This document shows positions 47,497 to 53,888 of a stretch of 53,888 bases of DNA, piece after piece (position 1 is the first letter of the stretch; each line of letters starts with the position of its first letter). Position numbers and translations under genes: made by a program. The stretch is taken from contig CAZFPJ010000002.1 of NCBI GenBank assembly GCA_964521095.1, forward strand, positions 215,108 through 268,995. The letters run 5' to 3'. The notes below the pieces were generated by a model. It was not told the DNA's origin. It did not search any database and saw only the letters and a program-made list of their open reading frames with translations. The DNA is from an uncultured Candidatus Saccharibacteria bacterium. Lineage in GTDB: Bacteria; Patescibacteriota; Saccharimonadia; Saccharimonadales; 2-12-FULL-41-12.

Positions 47497-48423
47497 ATGA
47501 TTACTGCTTATCACAGCACGGCTAGGGCTAGAAAACTAAATATAGTTGAAGAACCAAAGGCGGGTAGCTGGGTTCATGTTGTTGCGCCAACCAGCGAAGA
47601 GCTAGACAAGTTAGCTGGTGATTTTGGGCTAGCCAGAGACTTACTAAGCGATGCTGTTGACCTTTATGAAGCCCCTCGTGTCGAAACCGACGATGGGCGA
47701 GTTTATGTTTTTACCAGATACGCTCATATTGGCGGGGCTGACACCTCTACAGAACCGCTGTTAATCATCTATACCAATAACAACATTATTACGATTATGC
47801 GCACCAGCGATGCCTTGCTGGACCTAGTGATAAACGGTCAAGTAGAGGCTATAACTACTCAAAAAACCAAAATATTTTTGCAGATATTAGAGCAAATAAA
47901 TCGTTCTTACCGAGTTCGACTGACTACTATGTCTCGGCACATACTGCGAATCCGCCGAGAGATGCGTCAGTCCGAGATTAGTACCAAAGAATTTTTGAGT
48001 TTTATAGAGCTAGAAGAAGACTTGGATGAGTTTTTATCGGCATTGCAACCACAATCTCTGGTAATTAATGCACTCGAGAGTGGCAAATATATGCGCCTGC
48101 ACGAAGAAGATAGGGACTTGGTGGAAGACCTCAATCTAGATACGAACGAGTTGATAGAGCAGTGTCGGGCCAAGATACGAACCTTGATAAACCTGAGACA
48201 GGCTTATGAAGCCATTGCCACCAGCAGTCTAAACCGCACTTTTCGCCACCTGACATCTATTGCTATATTTTTAGCCATACCAACTACCATAAGCGGGCTG
48301 TACGGCATGAATGTTTTGGTGCCAATGCACGATAATCCTAAGGCTTTTTGGCTTATAGGAGGATTGATTGGCCTGGTTGTAGCTATAACGATTACTATTT
48401 TTAATAAACGGCGGTGGTTATGA
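47497..48423 (+). CDS. corA: CorA-family magnesium/cobalt transporter
   Basis: The YGMNV motif lies before the last TM helix. Two C-terminal TM helices are present. Confidence 0.85.
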   Translation: MITAYHSTARARKLNIVEEPKAGSWVHVVAPTSEELDKLAGDFGLARDLLSDAVDLYEAPRVETDDGRVYVFTRYAHIGGADTSTEPLLIIYTNNNIITIMRTSDALLDLVINGQVEAITTQKTKIFLQILEQINRSYRVRLTTMSRHILRIRREMRQSEISTKEFLSFIELEEDLDEFLSALQPQSLVINALESGKYMRLHEEDRDLVEDLNLDTNELIEQCRAKIRTLINLRQAYEAIATSSLNRTFRHLTSIAIFLAIPTTISGLYGMNVLVPMHDNPKAFWLIGGLIGLVVAITITIFNKRRWL

Positions 48424-48728
48424 TGATAAAAAAGTCTAAGATCTTGCAAGAATACAGAAATACAGAGCTTGCTTTGTTGGTAGTACTGGTAGTAATGGTG
48501 TTGATTGTGGGGGTGTTTGTTTTTCTGCAAAGACAAGATAGTAAACAAACCCCTAGCGACAGAGCGATTAAGCACGGTCCGCTAGTAGATATAGAGAGAG
48601 ATCTGCAGAGCGATGTTAGCGTAGAGAAAAAACTAGACAATGACGCAGAGAAAGAGTTATCTTCGGAATCTCAGGCGGAATCTGAGGCATTTGATAAGGC
48701 GGGGGATGGCTATGAAAGTGCTTTTTAG
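48420..48728 (+). CDS. Small single-pass membrane protein, acidic C-terminus
   Basis: The ATG at 48420 overlaps the corA stop as ATGA. The TM helix is LALLVVLVVMVLIVGVFVFL. Confidence 0.5.
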   Translation: MMIKKSKILQEYRNTELALLVVLVVMVLIVGVFVFLQRQDSKQTPSDRAIKHGPLVDIERDLQSDVSVEKKLDNDAEKELSSESQAESEAFDKAGDGYESAF

Positions 48729-49488
48729 ACTTTTAGCGCTTATGGCCATTGTGGCAATATTTGTGCCTTCTTCGGCCTCGGCAATTTTGGATAACACTCA
48801 GAGCGGAAATGTCCGCCAGCAGGTTGAGGCGTCTGCTTGCCAGCAAATAGTCGGCGTGGCAGAGAGAGTCAGGTCAACGGCCGAGCAGAGACAGCAGAGT
48901 ATTACTGCCCAGAGAGAGCAAAGTAAAAACGCGCGCGTCAAGGCTCAGCAGACCGCATCAGACAAGATTAAAGAACATCGGCAAAGCTGGGACACCAGGT
49001 TTAGCCAAGGTATTGAAAAACTCAAAAGCGTGGCCAGCACCGAAGATCAGCAGTCTGCAGTTAAATCTTACGACGAGGCAATCAGGCAATCGGTAGAAGC
49101 TAGGCGGGTTGCTCAGGATAATGCTCGCTTAGCGCATCGAACTTCTGCGGATACACTTATCACTAAACAGCGAGAAGCTAATGATAGCGCTCTGAACAAT
49201 ATGAATGTACGAATTAACCAAGCGATTGACAGGGCAACCGCAGACTGCCGAAACGGTACTCCTGTGGGTGAAGTATTGTCTTCACTAAAATCTGGTATCA
49301 AAGACGCTGGTAGCTCGTATGCTCAAGCTCGCAAAGGTTTTGCGTTTGATTCTCAGCTGAGTGCTACTAATCAAGCCAGAAGTCAGGCCGAAGATATTGC
49401 CAATAAAGCCTTTAACGACAAGATAAGTCAAGCTAGGCAGGAGCTAGTAAAAGCCTTCGGTCAACAGGCGAATTTGCTAGAAAACTAA
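48712..49488 (+). CDS. Secreted Gln/Ala/Arg-rich (probably alpha-helical) hypothetical protein
   Basis: The ATG at 48712 lies 5 nt after GGGGGA. The signal peptide is MKVLFRLLALMAIVAIFVPSSASA. The ORF-track start at 48640 was rejected. Confidence 0.55.
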   Translation: MKVLFRLLALMAIVAIFVPSSASAILDNTQSGNVRQQVEASACQQIVGVAERVRSTAEQRQQSITAQREQSKNARVKAQQTASDKIKEHRQSWDTRFSQGIEKLKSVASTEDQQSAVKSYDEAIRQSVEARRVAQDNARLAHRTSADTLITKQREANDSALNNMNVRINQAIDRATADCRNGTPVGEVLSSLKSGIKDAGSSYAQARKGFAFDSQLSATNQARSQAEDIANKAFNDKISQARQELVKAFGQQANLLEN

Positions 49489-49547
49489 GGCTTGCAAAAT
49501 CAAACACAAGCGCTTACAGTAGGGTGTGGAAGTGTGAGGCTTCCGTA

Positions 49548-49580
49548 GACCCTGGGCATTAGCCTGGGGTCCTTGTTTTC
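49548..49580 (+). terminator. Intrinsic terminator
   Basis: A 10-bp stem, GACCCTGGGC/GCCTGGGGTC (two G-U pairs), has loop ATTA and is followed by CTTGTTTTC. Confidence 0.7.
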
Positions 49581-49627
49581 TTGTCATTTGCAATTATGGC
49601 GTGTGGACAGATACACTTATTGGATAG

Positions 49628-50353
49628 ATGATTATTATATTGCTTGCCGTTATTAGTGCCGGAGCTGCCGAATTAGGTGGTTTTTTAGCATTATCAAATT
49701 CTAAAAGACTTAACGAAATACTTGGTTTTACTGCCGGAGCTTTGATTGGGTTGGTAGCCTTTGACTTGATACCAGAGATTTTTGAGGGAGTTGAGTCAAC
49801 CGGCTTGGATATTATTTGGCCGATGAGCGCTCTGGTAACGGGCTTTTTGCTTTTTCATGCTGTAGAAAAATTTATTTTGGTGCATCATTCTCACGAGAGC
49901 GACTATGTGATGCACACGCACCCCCATGTAGGCCTGGCTGGAGCTTTTGCTTTGGTTGGCCACAGCCTATTGGACGGCGCTAGTATTGGTCTAGCGTTTC
50001 AGGTTAATAGTTCGGTAGGTTGGGCAGTAGCTATAGCAGTTATTGGCCACCGTTTTGCAGACGGGTTTAATGGTGTAAACTTGATGCTTCGTCACGATAA
50101 TAAGCCACAACTAGCCAAGAAGATATTAGTTGTTGTAGCGGTAGCCCCGATAGTCGGTGCGTTATCTACTCTGTTTTTTACGGTTTCGGCCAGCGCACTG
50201 GTTATCTATCTTGGATTTTTTGCGGGCTTTTTGCTTTATATTGGCGCTAGCGATATCTTGCCTCAAGCGCACAGCAAAGGTGCATCTAGGCGGACAATTC
50301 TGCTGACTATTTTGGGTGCTGTGTTCATGTTTGGCGTTACTCGCTTGCTGTAG
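49628..50353 (+). CDS. ZIP-family divalent metal transporter (ZupT-like)
   Basis: 241 aa and polytopic, with a His-rich loop HHSHESDYVMHTHPH and GHSLLDGASIG / IGHRFADGF segments. Confidence 0.8.
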   Translation: MIIILLAVISAGAAELGGFLALSNSKRLNEILGFTAGALIGLVAFDLIPEIFEGVESTGLDIIWPMSALVTGFLLFHAVEKFILVHHSHESDYVMHTHPHVGLAGAFALVGHSLLDGASIGLAFQVNSSVGWAVAIAVIGHRFADGFNGVNLMLRHDNKPQLAKKILVVVAVAPIVGALSTLFFTVSASALVIYLGFFAGFLLYIGASDILPQAHSKGASRRTILLTILGAVFMFGVTRLL

Positions 50354-50369
50354 GGTACAATATATAACT

Positions 50370-51419
50370 ATGGAAATTGTTTGGATAATTGTCTCATTGG
50401 TAATTGCCGTAATCGCTGTATTTGGGGTTGGCTACATGTTGCTCCTAAAACTGACGGCTCTTAACGCGCAACAGCATCAGGGAAACAAAGAAGACATAGA
50501 GTCTGGGGTAAAGGGTATTTTGGATGACAACCAAAAACTTTTGTCACAGATTACTAAAAACCTAGAAAAACAACTAGACAATAGCCGAAAAGAAGTAGGT
50601 GGACTAAAAGAACAAAATGCGGCTATTCGTGAGCAGTTGGCTAATACCGCCAAAATTACCGAGGGTTTGCAGATATCCACTGAAGGCCTAAAAAACTTAT
50701 TGTCAAACAATCGCCTGCGAGGCGACTGGGGCGAGCAAGTAGCAGAGGATCTATTGTTGGCTGCTGGATTTGTTGAGAAAGTCAATTATGTCAAACAAAC
50801 CAGTTCTGGTGAGGGTAGGCCAGACTTCACTATTCTTTTGCCTGACGGCTCAAAGCTAAATGTTGATGCCAAGTTCCCCTTTGATAATTTGATCGAATAT
50901 CAAGAGGCCAAAACAGAGTCGGCCAAAAATGTGGCTCTTGCCAAATTTTCGACAGCAGTAAAGAGTAAAGTAAAAGAAGTTACGACCAAGGGTTATATTA
51001 ATCCACAAGACAATACGCTAGATTTTGTGGTGATGTTTATACCGAACGAGATGATTTTTAGTTTTATTTATGAAAAATTGCCAGATATTAACGACTACTG
51101 CAACGAGCGAAAAGTGGTGCTGGCTGGGCCGTTTGGTTTTACTGCGGTTTTGCGACTGGTCTTGCAGGCTTACAAAAATTTTAAGTACGAAAGAGGTTTG
51201 CAGGAAATTTTTGCCCTCATCTCAAAATTTCAGAGCGAATACGACAAATACGGCGAAGGCATGGAAAAGTTAGGTAAACAGCTCGAAACCGCCCAAAAAA
51301 CCTATTTTGAAGTCGAGGGCACTCGTTCTAGACAACTAACAAAAGTGGTAGACCAAATAACTAATCATTCTCAACTAGAGGTTGAAGATAAAAGTTTACT
51401 GAATTCTAAAAACGATTAA
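50370..51419 (+). CDS. rmuC: DNA recombination protein RmuC
   Basis: An N-terminal TM helix and coiled coil are followed by GRPDFTILLPDGSKLNVDAKFP and MFIPNEMIF. The ATG at 50370 is preferred over the track start at 50316. Confidence 0.85.
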   Translation: MEIVWIIVSLVIAVIAVFGVGYMLLLKLTALNAQQHQGNKEDIESGVKGILDDNQKLLSQITKNLEKQLDNSRKEVGGLKEQNAAIREQLANTAKITEGLQISTEGLKNLLSNNRLRGDWGEQVAEDLLLAAGFVEKVNYVKQTSSGEGRPDFTILLPDGSKLNVDAKFPFDNLIEYQEAKTESAKNVALAKFSTAVKSKVKEVTTKGYINPQDNTLDFVVMFIPNEMIFSFIYEKLPDINDYCNERKVVLAGPFGFTAVLRLVLQAYKNFKYERGLQEIFALISKFQSEYDKYGEGMEKLGKQLETAQKTYFEVEGTRSRQLTKVVDQITNHSQLEVEDKSLLNSKND

Positions 51420-51438
51420 GCTGGTATAATCTGTAACT

Positions 51439-51717
51439 ATGAATGAAGAAAATAACAAAAAGCAACCAATAATTAAAGATCCAAAACAAGTCGCCAAGGC
51501 ACTAGAAGTGTTGTTTGCGAGCAACTACATAGATGTTAAGCGTTTGCACTGGGAGAACTTTTTGCGTGGGATATTTTTTGGGGCGGGTAGCGTAATCGGC
51601 GCCACTGTGTTCATCGCAATTTTCCTGTGGTTCTTGAGCCTGTTTGACACGATACCGGTTATTGGCCCATTGTTTGATAACACCAAACAGACTATCCAGC
51701 ACAACCAAGCTCAATAG
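51439..51717 (+). CDS. DUF5665-like small membrane protein
   Basis: 92 aa containing NFLRGIFFGAGSVIGATVFIAIFLWFL. Confidence 0.55.
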   Translation: MNEENNKKQPIIKDPKQVAKALEVLFASNYIDVKRLHWENFLRGIFFGAGSVIGATVFIAIFLWFLSLFDTIPVIGPLFDNTKQTIQHNQAQ

Positions 51718-51724
51718 TTTATCG

Positions 51725-52219
51725 TTATCGGAAGTTGGTAAATTCTACAGGGAAGTCAAAGTCGGTTTCTCGGACTTTTTGCATGGCCATTTGTAGTTCG
51801 TCTTTTTTCTGGCTGGTTACCCGAATTTCTTCGCCCTGGATTTGAGTTTTTATTTTTGGCAGTTCTTCCCTGATGAGTTTGGTAATTTTTTTGGCTTTTT
51901 CTTGGTCCAAGCCCTTTCTGAACGAAACGGTCCAGGTAATTTTGAGGTTGGAAGTTACGGGCTCTGCGGAAACATCTAAGATTTTTTGGCTGACCCCACT
52001 GCCGGCCAGGCGTTTGCGTAAAATGTCTATGATGCTGTCCAGATGGAATTGATTGTCTCCCACAATCTTTACGCCTTTTTTGTCGTCTATAAACTCTAGG
52101 TTTGCCGATGTGCCCTTGAAGTCATAACGGTTAGCAATATCTCGCTGTGACTGCTCTACAGCGTTGGTTACTTTTGCTAGGTCGTAGTCGCTTACAATAT
52201 CAAAACTAAAATTTGCCAT
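51725..52219 (-). CDS. yajQ: YajQ-family nucleotide-binding protein (UPF0234; cyclic-di-GMP binding reported for the family)
   Basis: The N-terminus is MANFSFDIVSDYDLAKVTNAVEQSQRDIANRYDFKGT. The start at 52219 is preferred over the track start at 52273. Confidence 0.85.
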   Translation of the reverse strand: MANFSFDIVSDYDLAKVTNAVEQSQRDIANRYDFKGTSANLEFIDDKKGVKIVGDNQFHLDSIIDILRKRLAGSGVSQKILDVSAEPVTSNLKITWTVSFRKGLDQEKAKKITKLIREELPKIKTQIQGEEIRVTSQKKDELQMAMQKVRETDFDFPVEFTNFR

Positions 52220-53202
52220 AGTTAGTATTATACCTTGCAATGACTGGATAGAACATGAAAAACTGAGGTTCAACTGCTACAATATAGGATAAGTATGGCA
52301 ATTGATGAAAAACTTGTTAATTCTTTGGTCGAGCGAGCGCAAAAAGGCGATCGGGCCGTTTTGCGTAGCATGGAGCTAAAAAGCTTATTTGACCAGATTA
52401 AAACTTTGCCCGACGAAGAGCGAGCTAGCTTTGGGCAAGAGACGAATAGGCTTAGACAAAAACTGCAGTCTATCTTGGATGAAGCTCATGAGGAAACCGA
52501 CGATAGACCTCCCATTGATGTTACGGCACCGATGGATCTCAACGCACCAATTCCCGACTTGTTGCCAGCGACCGATGGTTCTATACACCCGACAATGCGC
52601 GAGATCGCCAAAATAAACGATATTTTCTCTCGGATGGGCTTTGAGGCTTGGGAGAGTCGCAACATAGACAACGACTACAATATGTTTACTAGCCTTAACT
52701 TTCCAGAGGATCACCCAGCCCGAGATGATTACGACACTTTTATTACCGAAGAAGGCCTCATAGCTCCGGCGCACACTAGCACTATGCAAAATCGGATATA
52801 CAAAGCTCGCAAGAAAGACCTAGAAGCCGGCAAGCCAATCGCGGTTGTGGTGGCGGATCGGGTTTTTCGCAACGAAGACCTAGACGCTCGGCACGAACAT
52901 ACTTTTCATCAGCTTGAAGGCGTTTATGTTGGCACAGATGTAAATGTTGGTAATTTAATCGCAACTTTAGAAGAGTTTTTGTCTAGTTATTTTGGCAAAA
53001 AAGTAGAGAGTCGGGTTAATCCGTTTTACTTTCCTTTTACAGAACCCAGTTTTGAATTTTCTCTTTCTTGCCCGTTTTGCGACAAAGCAGGGTGTAATAT
53101 CTGTAGCCAGACTGGCTGGATAGAGCTACTGGGCTGTGGCATGATACACCCAAATGTTTTAGAAATGGGCGGCATAGATCCAAAAGTCTACAACGGATTC
53201 GC

Positions 53203-53868
<666 letters not shown>

Positions 53869-53888
53869 ATAACTAAAACAATATGAAA

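Overview
Gene-dense 53.9 kb chromosomal window from a small-genome bacterium. The gene content suggests a CPR/Saccharibacteria-like organism, but that is inference only: housekeeping genes sit among many membrane-anchored hypotheticals, a prepilin-type minor-pilin cluster, few biosynthetic genes and a DGR-like reverse transcriptase. All calls come from reading the ORF translations and DNA by eye; no searches were run. I support about 57 CDS, including a 50-aa rpmF that is missing from the ORF track. There are 8 tRNA genes, all encoding 3'-CCA: Leu-GAG, Val-TAC, Phe-GAA, Gly-GCC, Cys-GCA, Leu-TAA, Ala-GGC and Gln-CTG. I also call several intrinsic terminators and promoters. Main observations: (1) leuS encodes a 1134-aa LeuRS with two in-frame enzyme-domain insertions. 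One is a YdeN/RBBP9-type alpha/beta serine hydrolase just before the CP1 editing domain, and the other is a Nudix-like domain inside CP1. (2) Four tRNA genes (Phe, Gly, Ala, Gln) each have a decayed or partial copy of themselves 100-190 nt away, always on the low-coordinate side. Two of these spacers share a hairpin-plus-GCAAGG module with compensatory base changes. (3) A copper-resistance operon follows tRNA-Gly and a large-serine-recombinase C-terminal remnant. It runs from a CsoR/RcnR-family repressor with a palindromic operator, through a Met/His-rich protein, a beta-propeller protein, a DUF305 protein and an unknown His-rich protein, to a CopB-type CPH ATPase. (4) Directly after pheS lies the N-terminal half of a DGR-like reverse transcriptase, cut off by a (CAGA)n microsatellite at the window edge. 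(5) There are two promoter-to-terminator small-RNA candidates, and many genes have a -10 box only 7-8 nt before the ATG, which suggests leaderless mRNAs. (6) tRNA-Gly and tRNA-Ala carry covarying non-canonical 19:56 elbow pairs. No rRNA genes or CRISPR arrays were seen.
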